Shown here: piece by piece, positions 50,991-63,754 of the stretch
Numbering within the stretch: the stretch's first letter is position 1
How the letters are laid out: each line of letters begins with the position of its first letter
From: an uncultured virus (IMG/VR IMGVR_UViG_3300028591_000116)
Taxonomy: Duplodnaviria; Heunggongvirae; Uroviricota; Caudoviricetes
IMG/VR virus record: IMGVR_UViG_3300028591_000116
Direction: 5' to 3' (one strand)
Length of the DNA: 64,000 nucleotides
Notes under the pieces: generated by a model
Seen by the model: the letters and a program-made list of their open reading frames with translations, nothing else
Told to the model about the DNA's origin: nothing
Databases searched by the model: none
Position numbers and translations under genes: made by a program

Positions 50991-51658
50991 ATCTCCAAAT
51001 CTCTCTCTTTGTTGAGAGTTATTTCAGATTCATTCCTAGAGATCATTAAAGCATATGAGGTTAGTAGTACTAACCCAGTAATATTATCTTTGTATGCTTT
51101 GTGACCTAGGGTTTCTTTTTCTATCTCACGTCTTGTGATATGAGATCTACATATAACATCTTTAGGTTTAACCTCATGATTCTTTATGTAGTAAGAAATA
51201 AGATTTTTTAATACGTACTCTTGGTTATCATTTATCGGAGCATCGTTTTCAAAATCAGAGAGTTCAGTACATATACTGATGATTTTCTTATCTGGGGTAT
51301 TTGATAAATCTGTTACATCCACTTTATGTTGCGGACAAATAGTTGGAAGACTCATACTCATTCTACTTGAGTACAAAGCAAAAACACTAGAGTGTCCTGC
51401 CTTATTATCTGGGGTCAGATGATACAGCTTTCCATCTTTAGAAATAAACCAGTTATAATATGTACCTAATTGTTTTGAGTCAAATTCTCTTAACAAGAAA
51501 TCTTTGATTGCGTCGTCTTCTGAATCATAATGCTTACCATGAGTACCATTAATTCTTCTTGAATCTAACGATATGAATGCAGGATTCCCTTCCAATTCGG
51601 AAGGGAAGTTTTCTTTTTGTTCATCAGAATAGACTATTTGAGTATAATCGATATTCAT
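50987..51658 (-). CDS. N-acetylmuramoyl-L-alanine amidase (Amidase_2/PGRP)-like protein, possibly non-catalytic
   Basis: YNWFISKDGKLY.L.P....GH, ISIC.E, Q...L..LI and V..R..I pattern; expected Zn-ligand histidines not evident. Confidence 0.55.
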   Translation of the reverse strand: MNIDYTQIVYSDEQKENFPSELEGNPAFISLDSRRINGTHGKHYDSEDDAIKDFLLREFDSKQLGTYYNWFISKDGKLYHLTPDNKAGHSSVFALYSSRMSMSLPTICPQHKVDVTDLSNTPDKKIISICTELSDFENDAPINDNQEYVLKNLISYYIKNHEVKPKDVICRSHITRREIEKETLGHKAYKDNITGLVLLTSYALMISRNESEITLNKERDLEI

Positions 51659-51675
51659 TCTTCCCTCACAAATAT

Positions 51676-52443
51676 TTATAAAATAGCATCTTCTACTGGA
51701 GAATCAATCTGTTGACTTCCATTTCTTAATCGTGACACTATTGAAATAAGGTTATTTCTAGCATCACCAGAAGTAATAGAAGAGAAAACAGAACTGTATC
51801 TAGGTAGAAGTTTGATATTGATCATTTTCCATCTCATTTTATCGGTATGAGGATCTTCAGCTATCTTGTGTCTGAATGAACGAGACAAATTTTTAGGATC
51901 TCTACACAACTCAGATACAATAAGTTCAATAGAAGATTGAGACATTGCTGAAAGACCAACGCCGTTATATGCAGAAGCATCAGACCAATACTGTGCTATT
52001 TCATCATAAGGTATAACATTAGGGAAATATCCAGAAGTCATAAGATCAAGAACAATACTTGCTACTTTTGAATCCTGTGTGATGTTAACGTTTTGAATAA
52101 AAGCATCGCCTTGTTTATAAGTAAGATTGATATATTTATCGTCTTCTCCCTTATGTCTAACATCTGTTATAGAAGAAGGACAAGTAATAATCATACCAAT
52201 ATGCTTAAAGAATACATTTCTAGCATGATTCTTCTCAACATCTTCTTCAGTGTCATAGACTTTTATCTCAATTAGACCAAGTATTTTAACATCTTTACCG
52301 ACGATTTCGGCAATTTTATGATCTATAAATTTTTCAGGAAATTCAATTTCCGCTTTGGCACAAGTAAAAACTACACTTCCGTCTTTTTGTTGCTGAAGGA
52401 AGTCTATTTTATCAGGTGCGAATTTAGTTAATTTATGGGACAT
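51676..52443 (-). CDS. putative small beta' C-terminal subunit of the virion RNA polymerase
   Basis: IELIVSELCRDP...R...INI..LP..SS.FS.I...D...L...SP.E parallels the C-terminus of 19017..21032 and of beta'; late-type motif upstream. Confidence 0.5.
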   Translation of the reverse strand: MSHKLTKFAPDKIDFLQQQKDGSVVFTCAKAEIEFPEKFIDHKIAEIVGKDVKILGLIEIKVYDTEEDVEKNHARNVFFKHIGMIITCPSSITDVRHKGEDDKYINLTYKQGDAFIQNVNITQDSKVASIVLDLMTSGYFPNVIPYDEIAQYWSDASAYNGVGLSAMSQSSIELIVSELCRDPKNLSRSFRHKIAEDPHTDKMRWKMINIKLLPRYSSVFSSITSGDARNNLISIVSRLRNGSQQIDSPVEDAIL

Positions 52444-52541
52444 TTTAAACTCCTTTATGATTCATTTAAATGTCGAGACGTATATTTTGAAGAAAAAAGA
52501 ACAGACTTCTGGGCCTGTTCTTTCTTAAAGTTGGTTAACGG

Positions 52542-52802
52542 TTAGTTAGCAGATTGCTTTTTAAGCTGATGCTTGTGATATAACAAGAATGCTCCCCACC
52601 ATACAACACTTACTGCTGTGGAAATGATAACTAGAAGCATACATGCTTTGAAGCTTACAAAAATCCACAGTAAAATACATGCTATAGTTTCAAGCATTCC
52701 AAGAACCCAACCAGCAATGCCGATCCATTTTGCTCCATACATCATCTCAGATGCAGTCATGAATCCGTCCCACCAAGCTTTTACAAATTCTTTAAAAGTC
52801 AT
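52542..52802 (-). CDS. small membrane protein, probably early
   Basis: Two hydrophobic helices; AAGGAG RBS; early-type motif upstream. Confidence 0.7.
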   Translation of the reverse strand: MTFKEFVKAWWDGFMTASEMMYGAKWIGIAGWVLGMLETIACILLWIFVSFKACMLLVIISTAVSVVWWGAFLLYHKHQLKKQSAN

Positions 52803-52904
52803 ATATTTCTCCTTGGTATTTCTCTACTATACCAAGAATATAATATAAACGTCAAAAGATATAATAAATAAAAAAACTAGGGACACTAAGGTCCCTAGTA
52901 TAAT

Positions 52905-54878
<1,974 letters not shown>

Positions 54879-54957
54879 TTATAATAATGTAGTAAAGAAG
54901 GAGGGGACCGAGCCACGGTCCCCTCCAAATTTGTTTTACTGCAAGGAGGTGAATCCT

Positions 54958-55086
54958 ATGCATGAGTTTCATATGCAATTATCCAACCTTGTTAAACAAG
55001 GAAAAATAACAGCAGAACAGAAACATCAGTTGCTTAAACAAGCAGCTAAAGATTTCTATTCTAATGTTAAGTGCAGTATTAAATAA
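54958..55086 (+). CDS. small protein (42 aa, MHEFHMQLS...) of hairpin-sORF module B
   Basis: Read by hand; AAGGAGGTGA RBS; early-type motif 54869-54884 and hairpin 54900-54926 upstream. Confidence 0.6.
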   Translation: MHEFHMQLSNLVKQGKITAEQKHQLLKQAAKDFYSNVKCSIK

Positions 55087-55152
55087 TAAATAATTCTGCA
55101 AAAAAGAAAGCCTAATAATATATTCGATAACGGCTTTCTTTCTTTTTTCTTT

Positions 55153-56268
55153 TTAATTAGAATGTATATTGTGTATTTCACATATTTTGTTTACATAATC
55201 ATTCATATCAATTCTGAATTCTTTTGTAGTATCAAAAGCACTCTGTATTGATATTGTACTAAGCAAATGGTCTGGTGAAAACTCTAATACATTCTTGTCT
55301 TCAGGAATTACAGGTTCAGCTACAACCATAACTGATTTAACTCTGTTGTTTTCGATTAATGAATTGTTATCATTAATCCAATTTACAAAGTCTTTTGCAG
55401 CTTTATATCCTTCAATTTGTTCCTTTGCAGATACCTTCATAAACGTACTAAGGTTATGAATAGGACGCACATTGATTATATGCATAAATTCATAATCAGA
55501 ATCCATAATGAAAATCACATAGTCGGTTTTGCTAGTAATATTTGGATTCTTAAATACTGATCTAGAATATCTATCAAGGATATATCCTAAAGCGTGCCTC
55601 CAGAACGTTGGAAGATGCGAGTTAATATTGGATTTGTTGTTGAACTTTAAAAAGATAACTCCTGGAGCACCCATGTAATCACATCTAATTTTTATTTTGT
55701 TAAGACTAGCATCATCTATTTCTGCTCTTAAAGCAGTGAGAAGTTTACCGTCTTTATCAAAATATTTACTTAAATCAATGTAATCAGCGTTTGGCGAGAA
55801 GTCATAAATAATCTGTTCTTCTTTTATTTCCCAAACAGGTTCCTGATGTATTTCTTCTTTGAAGATTTTAGGTTTAGGTATTTTGATACCCTCATCTTCA
55901 ACAGCTTCAACATCGTGTACTTCATATTCTGCTTCTTCAGCATCTTCTTTTTCTTCTAACGATAATGTATCCATAGGAGCATTATTGGCTAATTTTAAAT
56001 TATCGTTAGGAGTTTGACTAGGAAGAGCTTGTGCACTAGCAATTCTGTCAAACATGTCTATCTTTTTAGCTTCAAGCATCAATTTTTGTTGTTCAATAGC
56101 CAATGCTTGTTGCTGCATAGCCTGATTCTGCAAACGCATCATAGCTGACATCTGCTCCATCATTGGATTTCTAGGTCCAAACTGTTGAGTGTGAATGATT
56201 GTCATGTTACCAAACAAGTTCACTGTTCCACCTGGATCATTAGTCATCATAGGCATCATTTCGTTCAT
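55153..56268 (-). CDS. hypothetical protein with M/Q-rich N-terminus
   Basis: GGAGG before ATG 56268. Confidence 0.75.
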   Translation of the reverse strand: MNEMMPMMTNDPGGTVNLFGNMTIIHTQQFGPRNPMMEQMSAMMRLQNQAMQQQALAIEQQKLMLEAKKIDMFDRIASAQALPSQTPNDNLKLANNAPMDTLSLEEKEDAEEAEYEVHDVEAVEDEGIKIPKPKIFKEEIHQEPVWEIKEEQIIYDFSPNADYIDLSKYFDKDGKLLTALRAEIDDASLNKIKIRCDYMGAPGVIFLKFNNKSNINSHLPTFWRHALGYILDRYSRSVFKNPNITSKTDYVIFIMDSDYEFMHIINVRPIHNLSTFMKVSAKEQIEGYKAAKDFVNWINDNNSLIENNRVKSVMVVAEPVIPEDKNVLEFSPDHLLSTISIQSAFDTTKEFRIDMNDYVNKICEIHNIHSN

Positions 56269-56386
56269 AAATTTATAGTCCTCCACAAATAAATACATCT
56301 TTTTGTTAACATTGAAATAATATATTATTGATTTTTATTTTATACCAAACATAAAAGTGTTTATAAATCACTAACGAGGTGTTTTT

Positions 56387-57127
56387 ATGCATAACGATTT
56401 AATAGAAAACGATGCTAGAGATGATGCGATGTCAACTGATCTCTACGATTGTTTGAGTGAAATAGAGGCTTTATTACAAGCTGGCGACACATCTAATGTA
56501 CGTACAGATATGTTTGAAGCATGTCTTGAAAAAGTATTTGGTGTTACTATAGAAGAGATTGATGATATTGAAACTCTCATTAGTGACAAGGCTCAAGAAG
56601 TTAGAGAAGTGTATGAAGAATTATATAATGAATTTCGAGACGGAGTTCGTACTTTCTTCGACAGATATCTTGGTGTTAAGTTTACATACGACGATATTAA
56701 TAGAAAACCTGATTTCAACGAATTGTATTCTGTGTATAATACTCTTTTCTTACATGAATACGATACACTTGGAAAGATCATGGCTTATATTATCGTTAAG
56801 AATCCAGGTGTATATGATCTTAGAAAAGATACTTGTTTCACAGATATCATAAATGATGACGGCGTGTTTAATTTAGATTCGATACCTGAAATACTCTCTA
56901 AGATGGATCCTGGTAATAATGATCTACTTTACGTATTCGGAGATGTGCCAGAATCAGACGATGATGATGGAAGTTACAGTAATCCTGACGTTTCAATTGA
57001 ATTTGACGTGTGGAAATCGCATCTTGAAAAAGGATTAGCGTTAGGAGCAGGTATTCTTAACAAAGAAAATTTAAGAAATAAAATTCTTGAATACATTGAT
57101 ATAGCTAATAAAAATAAAACAATATAG
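56387..57127 (+). CDS. acidic hypothetical protein
   Basis: GAGGTG RBS; late-type motif 56348-56359. Confidence 0.75.
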   Translation: MHNDLIENDARDDAMSTDLYDCLSEIEALLQAGDTSNVRTDMFEACLEKVFGVTIEEIDDIETLISDKAQEVREVYEELYNEFRDGVRTFFDRYLGVKFTYDDINRKPDFNELYSVYNTLFLHEYDTLGKIMAYIIVKNPGVYDLRKDTCFTDIINDDGVFNLDSIPEILSKMDPGNNDLLYVFGDVPESDDDDGSYSNPDVSIEFDVWKSHLEKGLALGAGILNKENLRNKILEYIDIANKNKTI

Positions 57128-57139
57128 GAGTTATTCTAA

Positions 57140-59836
57140 ATGAGTGAACAGAAGATCACTAAAGAACAGTTAAACTCGATTATGAAAAATAATCCTGAGT
57201 TTGCAAAACGTGTAGTTAGTGGAAGTGCTATTAAGGATTCTACTAATCCTACTCGTATTTTTACTACTCTTGATGACGCTAAGGTGTCTTTGGGATTAGC
57301 CGAATTCGAGTTTAAACCTGAAGATTTGGCTGAGGGAGACGACAAGATTGAAGTAGTAGACGGATGTTTTGAATTTGGTTCTGGTGTTATTCAACCAAAC
57401 AATAAAGACATCAAGGCTTTCTTTGAGAGTATTCTTGGCAAGAGCATGATTTCTATCGGATTGATAAGTAAGAATTATTCTATCTATAGAGATATCATTA
57501 ATCTCGGAATCCACAGTGAAATTAAAGTTAATTACAAGAAAGCTATTGTACCTATTCGCTTCTGTATTGTTAAGAAAAACGACGACGGTAAGCTAAGTAC
57601 AATTTCTCATATTGATCCTGAAGCTATGCCGCTTGTTGGTAAATGGAATGTTGCTAAGTTCAAAGTAGTCAATGATGAAAAGAAAGATGATGAAAAAACA
57701 AATTTCACCATTTATATTCAGGCAAATTACGAAACTGGCGAATTATATTTTGCAACAGATCATAACATCGACAATATCTTCATCGTGCCTATCGTTATTT
57801 CTAAAGAAGCACTCGAACAGAACAAGAAACATATCGAATCTGTTTGGAACGATAGAAAAGACGAATTCAAAAACAAGCTTGTCGATGGATATTCAGAAGA
57901 AGAAGCTCTTGAAATCGTTAAATACATTAACGAATCTAAGTATCTTGAAAACGATACATTCTCTAAAGCATTGGCAGTGTATGCTCTCGAAAACGACAAT
58001 GTTCATCGAATCGAAGACGCTATCGAATCTAACACAAAGAAGATCGACGCTCTTAGCATTGCTGCTGCTTTGTTCCCAAGATATGGTGACGAATACATTA
58101 ACTTTGAAGAAAAGAAGATCCTTTGCGATGAAAAATCAGGAATTCCTGTAATCACAGAACAAGATATCAATAACCTTAAGATTATCGGATTCAGACGAGA
58201 TTTCATTATTCAGATTATCAGCGCAGGAACAGAATCTTACAAAATGGCTAAGAATGTTCTTGATACTGATACAGAAGATAAACGCAAAGAAATCACTGCT
58301 GCTTCATACGATGCAGAATGTCGTCTTATCGTAGATCTCGGTACAGACAGATGGGTTGACAGTCTCGACAAAGACTTCGATGCCATCGCTGAACTTCACA
58401 ATTACGAAGCGACAATCAAGGGTTCTAAAGAACACATTGAAGATATCAAACAACAAATAGCTTCTCTCCAGGTTACTTCAAGACGCATCTCTACCAAAAT
58501 TGAAGGTGGTGAATTCGTAAATATGTATATGCAGTTGTGCAATAATTACATGACACAGTTTGCTGCTAACTATTTTGCCGTTAAGATTGATACATGGAAC
58601 GAAAAGAATTTCACTCCATTCGTAGATTTCTTAAACGTAACAAACGACAGAAACTGTAAAGAAAGGGAATATGTTACTAACAGAATTAAAGAATCTATTA
58701 CTAACACTATTGCCCTTAACTTCAAACGTAATAAGTTTGGAACAGTTCCTGTAAGTTTGTTTGACCAGGCAGAAAGAATTGCAGATGCATTGTTTGATAC
58801 AGAAGCTATTGCTGAAAATACTCCTGAAAACGAAATTGATAAGAAGATTATGGATTTGGTATTTACCAGATTCAACTTCATAGATAGTCTCAGCCGCACA
58901 CCTTATAAATTTGCCGCTAGAATCTATCCTAAAGTATTCAATCTTGATTCTAAAGTTGATATCGAAAAAGCAGAAAAGACTTCTGAGGAATACATCGAAA
59001 AAGGATTCGGATATAATCCTTCTGAATTCTGCGCTGAATCAGTTGACGAAGCACTTGCTATTGGTGAAAAACTCAAGAAGATCAAAGAGTATCTTATTAA
59101 CTCGACTGAATCTGACGACTACTGGCAGAAACTTAGAGACAGTCTCAATAAGTATTCTAACACTCTGAGTACTACAAAGTGTAAAGGAAATTTTGATAAA
59201 GCAAAATTGTTTTCAAAATATTTTGTTCTTCTCAATTTTTACGAATACGTTGATACTCTCGCTACTGGTTTTGCTAAGTGGAATGGATCTATTGATGAAG
59301 CTAAGGCTACAGCAGATTACAATGACAACTTCAGAATTGAATTCAATGAGAAGATGTTTACAATTGATGAATTCCTTAAATTCACAAACGGTAAACCTGC
59401 CGCTTATGTAATTCTCAAGAAAGTAACTGAAGAAGAAAAAACAAATATCAAACTTGATTGGTATTTGCGCGCTTCTCTGTTCTCTCTGTTCCTCCAGTCA
59501 TTTGTTTGGGGATCAGGAAAATATACAGATTACTGCGAGAACGCTCTTAAAGATTCTAGATCTAAACTTCAGGAAGAATACGGCAAGATGTTTGTATCTG
59601 AGCTTGGTTTGTTTGTTCCAGCTATTTCTGTATTGGAAAGTGAAAATAAACCTATCGCCGAAGTAGTTCCTAATGATATGAAGATTAAACTTGGAACTAA
59701 TGCAGTAGACGATGTACTTAAAGGACTTGATGATGTAGCTAAACTTAATGAAGCTCGTCGCACATATCTTTTCCAGAGTATTACTTATGTTTCTATTGCA
59801 GTAGACGGTCTTCTTAAATACTTTAATGTAGAATAA
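57140..59836 (+). CDS. large helical hypothetical protein
   Basis: 898-aa ORF; AGGAG RBS; terminator after the stop. Confidence 0.8.
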   Translation: MSEQKITKEQLNSIMKNNPEFAKRVVSGSAIKDSTNPTRIFTTLDDAKVSLGLAEFEFKPEDLAEGDDKIEVVDGCFEFGSGVIQPNNKDIKAFFESILGKSMISIGLISKNYSIYRDIINLGIHSEIKVNYKKAIVPIRFCIVKKNDDGKLSTISHIDPEAMPLVGKWNVAKFKVVNDEKKDDEKTNFTIYIQANYETGELYFATDHNIDNIFIVPIVISKEALEQNKKHIESVWNDRKDEFKNKLVDGYSEEEALEIVKYINESKYLENDTFSKALAVYALENDNVHRIEDAIESNTKKIDALSIAAALFPRYGDEYINFEEKKILCDEKSGIPVITEQDINNLKIIGFRRDFIIQIISAGTESYKMAKNVLDTDTEDKRKEITAASYDAECRLIVDLGTDRWVDSLDKDFDAIAELHNYEATIKGSKEHIEDIKQQIASLQVTSRRISTKIEGGEFVNMYMQLCNNYMTQFAANYFAVKIDTWNEKNFTPFVDFLNVTNDRNCKEREYVTNRIKESITNTIALNFKRNKFGTVPVSLFDQAERIADALFDTEAIAENTPENEIDKKIMDLVFTRFNFIDSLSRTPYKFAARIYPKVFNLDSKVDIEKAEKTSEEYIEKGFGYNPSEFCAESVDEALAIGEKLKKIKEYLINSTESDDYWQKLRDSLNKYSNTLSTTKCKGNFDKAKLFSKYFVLLNFYEYVDTLATGFAKWNGSIDEAKATADYNDNFRIEFNEKMFTIDEFLKFTNGKPAAYVILKKVTEEEKTNIKLDWYLRASLFSLFLQSFVWGSGKYTDYCENALKDSRSKLQEEYGKMFVSELGLFVPAISVLESENKPIAEVVPNDMKIKLGTNAVDDVLKGLDDVAKLNEARRTYLFQSITYVSIAVDGLLKYFNVE

Positions 59837-59946
59837 AAAACAACCTGGCCTTTCATGGCCAGGTGTTATTTTTTACGAACAATTTTGACTTTAAGTCTAG
59901 AGAAATCTGGCTCTAAACTTTTCCATCTTATTTGTTCTTCTGACCT

Positions 59947-60390
59947 TCACGTTTTAGAACTACGTTCGTAGCTTTTGTCTTTCAAGTTCATTATTTCAAA
60001 TTCCAGAGTTTGAATCTGCAATTCTTTACAGAATATACTCATCTTATTCTGCGGACTTATTACACCTAATTGGTTTGAACGATCCTGAATAAACTCAAAA
60101 TCAATACCTTCGTATCCTGGCCTATTTCTATAGGAATTAGTTGAAGCATCCCAGCATGCCTGACAGATTTCACTTACTTTTTCAACGTGTTTATCTATCA
60201 ATTTCTGTTGATCAACTAAAGTATCAAGTTCATCTTCAAGCTCTTTCTTTTTCTTTTCAAGCTCTCTGATCTTTGAAGCATTAGTATGCTTGTATAACTC
60301 TTTTCCAACTTTATAAGAAGCAAATAATGTTGCTACAGTTCCTAAAGTTGCTCCTACAATAAATAATCCGGTTTTAAGCTTACCATCCAT
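59947..60390 (-). CDS. membrane-anchored coiled-coil protein
   Basis: GGGAG RBS; hydrophobic N-terminus then coiled coil. Confidence 0.7.
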   Translation of the reverse strand: MDGKLKTGLFIVGATLGTVATLFASYKVGKELYKHTNASKIRELEKKKKELEDELDTLVDQQKLIDKHVEKVSEICQACWDASTNSYRNRPGYEGIDFEFIQDRSNQLGVISPQNKMSIFCKELQIQTLEFEIMNLKDKSYERSSKT

Positions 60391-60587
60391 AGTAGTATCT
60401 CCCTAACCTTTATATTTTATATTTATATTTAAACCTGTTTAATCAAAAACAGAACAACCACGGCGTATTTATGACTCATTGTGGTGCTAAAACTAAATAA
60501 CCCTAGAGATCAACAATGGCTCATACGTCCAAGTATCCTAGGATTTTATATAATCAATTTAGATTATATGCAAATCAAATAGAAACT

Positions 60588-60755
60588 CTAAACAGTTTCT
60601 GAAGAATCGGCTGAAGAATCATCTGACTGATTATCATCATTAGAGTCAGTACTTTCCATTCCAAACATCGTTTCAATATCTTCAGTTCCAGCTGCTATCG
60701 GAACACTGTCTAAAAACAAATCCAACAGTGTTCCGCCACCAAAGTCACAAAACAT
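60588..60755 (-). CDS. small acidic protein
   Basis: ATG 60755 with purine-rich RBS-like sequence. Confidence 0.5.
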   Translation of the reverse strand: MFCDFGGGTLLDLFLDSVPIAAGTEDIETMFGMESTDSNDDNQSDDSSADSSETV

Positions 60756-60804
60756 TTTACTTCCACCACTAATTTTTTCTTTTTCTGAATTTAATGATGG
60801 CCTT

Positions 60805-61038
60805 TTAACTTCCAGTACCATAAATTGTCTTGAATATTGATGTAGCTGTAAAACACAAAATGCCGAGAACACCGATTGCTACAAATCCTGTAACAACTCC
60901 TTTGGCTTCCTCGCCAACCTCAAACCTATAAGTCTTCTTAAGACCTTTTGACTGAACGTTGGTGTATTCCTTCATTACCTGAAGTGTATCGTCGTCAACT
61001 CCAATCTTACCAAAATCAACTTTTATATCTGCTTTCAT
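60805..61038 (-). CDS. small protein with C-terminal transmembrane helix
   Basis: GGGAGG RBS. Confidence 0.65.
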   Translation of the reverse strand: MKADIKVDFGKIGVDDDTLQVMKEYTNVQSKGLKKTYRFEVGEEAKGVVTGFVAIGVLGILCFTATSIFKTIYGTGS

Positions 61039-61144
61039 AATTTTTAACCTCCCTTACTAAATAGAGAATATATAAAGAATACTTTCAGTAGAATAAAATA
61101 TAATCAGTTTAACTTCATAGTGAACGACAAAAGGAAGTGCTTTA

Positions 61145-63394
61145 ATGATACATGCTAATACTAAAAATTTCAGTTTTCTTAAAGTACATTTATTTTTGAA
61201 GAATAAAGGGATTAAAAATAATGCCTTCTTTCTAGAATTAATAGACGAATCTCTAGATGGAGTAGACGTTTTCGATGAAGAGAATTTAACTACTGAACAA
61301 AAACAAAGAATCATAGTTGAATGTTGTAGAAACCCTTGGTATTTTTTCAGAGAAGTATTACGTATACCTGCTGCTGGTCTTATAAGATTCGAATTGAACT
61401 TAGGAAACTTAGCAAGCTTATGGTGTAGTTTAAATAGCATTAACCATTATTTAATATTGCCACGACAGATTGGTAAAACACAGTGTGAAATGGCAATGTT
61501 CTTGTGGATAACATATTTTGGTGGAAATAACTGTAGTATCAAGTTATTCGCTCAGAACGATACAAAGGTAGAAGATAACATGTCTCGTATTAAAACTATG
61601 CGAGATAACCTACCTCAATATCTTCAGTTAAAACAACCGTTGGATAAAAACGGAGAAGTTATAACTTATACCACATTGGGAAACAAAGTTTCTGGTATGG
61701 CTCCAGCGAGAAGTGAAGCAATCGCTAACCAAAAGTTCCGTGGAGAATCATATAACTTGTGTAACTACGACGAACATGCATTCATCCCTTATATTGAACA
61801 GCAATACCGTTCTTCAGTACTTGCTTATATGGAAAATGCGCGTAAAGCAGAACTTAACGGTCAGTTACATTACATTTCCATCACTACAACTGCTGGATTT
61901 TTAAATACTAAAGAAGGACAATTCTCTTTTAATTTTAAAAATAATTGTTTCGACTTTACAGAAAAATTATACGATTTAACTATAGAAGAAGTAAGAGAGT
62001 TAATTCGTAATAACGCTAAAAATAACTTCATATTTATTGAATATCAATATTGGGATCTCGGTAAAGGCGATACTTATTTCAAAGAACAGTGTGAAGCTCT
62101 TGAATATAATCAAGATGCTATTGACCGAGAAGTTCTTTGTAAATGGAAAGCGGTATCTACCGTTCATCCTCTTGGTCAGCAGGTTCTAACTTTACTTGAA
62201 AAGAATAAACGAATGCCTATACATACTGTCATTTTGAATAAATTGTTTAGAATGAAGATGTATAAAGATCCTGAAACACTTGATTGGTCTATTCCATATA
62301 TTATTGGTGGAGACTGTGCTAACAATGTAGGATCAGACTATTCTGCTTTAGTAATAATCAATCCTTATACGTATGAAGTAGTTGCTACTATACGAACAAA
62401 TATGTTCAGTACCATGCTGTTTGCAGCTATGCTTGCTGATCTTATGAAAAAATACTTCTATAGATCAATCCTTGTTCTTGAAAGAAACTTGAATGGTGCT
62501 ACTATTATAGATAGACTTATAGAAATTGATTTCTCATTGGCTAGTAGAATTTACGGACCAATGGATGAAAAGACTAAACAGATAAAAGAATTCGGTATTA
62601 ATACTAATGAAAAGAGCCGTAAGATGGTTTATGGTCAGGTATTAAAGATAGCAGTAGATGACAGTTATGATCGTATTTACGATCGAGTTATTATAGATGA
62701 AATTTCTTCTCTTATAACTACTAGAACAGGCAGAATCGACCACCCTGTTGGTGGACACGATGACTTGTTAATCAGTTATCTCTTTGCTAGATGGTTCTTA
62801 TTGTTTGGTAATAACAAAGACAGATATATTAATCCGTTAACTATAGGTTGTATGGTTCAAGAATTTGAAAAGAATAAAGGAGATGAAGATCAAATGAGAA
62901 GCATAATGAATGAAAAACTAAGTGATATCTCTGAAGAAAGCAAAAGAAAGAAAAAAGAAAACAATAACTCTGTTGTTGATACAGAAGTTAATATCAGTAG
63001 TACTGATCGTATCAAGAAACAGAGAGAAATGCTTAAACGCGGAGACGTAACTGAGTTAAACCTGAATAGAGTTAAATCTACAGCTAATGACGTCTTTAAC
63101 AGTATGTATGGAATGTTAAACGATAGATATGATGTAGATGTCAAAGATCAGCTAGAAAGACAAAATGATGACGGTAAACTGTATACTCTTGATCCTGAAG
63201 AAATGAAGAAAGACGAGGATAATCTGTACGACGAAAAGATTCAGATGAATGAATATAATAGAAATATGCACGACGATCTAGATACTAAAGTACAGGTTAT
63301 GCAAACCACTCCTCAGTTTATCCGAACTCAGCAAAGTCACGCAGACAACACAGTTAATGACGAGATGAGATATTTCTTTAGTCATTTACGATAA
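61145..63394 (+). CDS. terL: terminase large subunit
   Basis: PRQIGKT (Walker A), YDEHAF (Walker B), TTTAG, nuclease motifs GGDCA..G.DYS, LERN and HDDL; N-terminus NPWYFFREVLRIP as in phiKZ-like terminases. Confidence 0.9.
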   Translation: MIHANTKNFSFLKVHLFLKNKGIKNNAFFLELIDESLDGVDVFDEENLTTEQKQRIIVECCRNPWYFFREVLRIPAAGLIRFELNLGNLASLWCSLNSINHYLILPRQIGKTQCEMAMFLWITYFGGNNCSIKLFAQNDTKVEDNMSRIKTMRDNLPQYLQLKQPLDKNGEVITYTTLGNKVSGMAPARSEAIANQKFRGESYNLCNYDEHAFIPYIEQQYRSSVLAYMENARKAELNGQLHYISITTTAGFLNTKEGQFSFNFKNNCFDFTEKLYDLTIEEVRELIRNNAKNNFIFIEYQYWDLGKGDTYFKEQCEALEYNQDAIDREVLCKWKAVSTVHPLGQQVLTLLEKNKRMPIHTVILNKLFRMKMYKDPETLDWSIPYIIGGDCANNVGSDYSALVIINPYTYEVVATIRTNMFSTMLFAAMLADLMKKYFYRSILVLERNLNGATIIDRLIEIDFSLASRIYGPMDEKTKQIKEFGINTNEKSRKMVYGQVLKIAVDDSYDRIYDRVIIDEISSLITTRTGRIDHPVGGHDDLLISYLFARWFLLFGNNKDRYINPLTIGCMVQEFEKNKGDEDQMRSIMNEKLSDISEESKRKKKENNNSVVDTEVNISSTDRIKKQREMLKRGDVTELNLNRVKSTANDVFNSMYGMLNDRYDVDVKDQLERQNDDGKLYTLDPEEMKKDEDNLYDEKIQMNEYNRNMHDDLDTKVQVMQTTPQFIRTQQSHADNTVNDEMRYFFSHLR

Positions 63395-63479
63395 AAGAAA
63401 AAGACTCCCTGACAATTCACATGACAGGGAGAATGAGAAACATGATAAATTTTTAAACAATGTATTACATTATAATGAA

Positions 63480-63671
63480 TTATTTAGATGTGGTATTTCT
63501 AAAATAACTCATGTCCGAATCTAAGTCTTGCTTAGAATAATTCGGACTGTAACACAAGTTTGAGTGGAGGGGTTCGTGTGCCCCTCCACTTTTTCTCGTG
63601 TACAAATAATATAATAATTCATCAATAGGAATTGTGTCTAGTATAGTTTTTAACTCATTAGTTATAACCAT
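63480..63671 (-). CDS. small hypothetical protein, probably early
   Basis: GGAGG RBS; downstream of the 39-bp promoter repeat; contains two hairpins, so coding status is uncertain. Confidence 0.4.
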   Translation of the reverse strand: MVITNELKTILDTIPIDELLYYLYTRKSGGAHEPLHSNLCYSPNYSKQDLDSDMSYFRNTTSK

Positions 63672-63754
63672 ACAACCTCCAAAGTTTAAAATAATTTACT
63701 CCTTTTATTTCTCATTATTATAATATGAACGTGAAAGTCTATGTTGCTTGAAAA

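Noticed and set aside
60391..60587. ~200-bp gap with a weak stem (ccacgg...tgtgg) as a possible riboswitch
   Set aside because: No recognisable aptamer consensus and too little structure to support a call.
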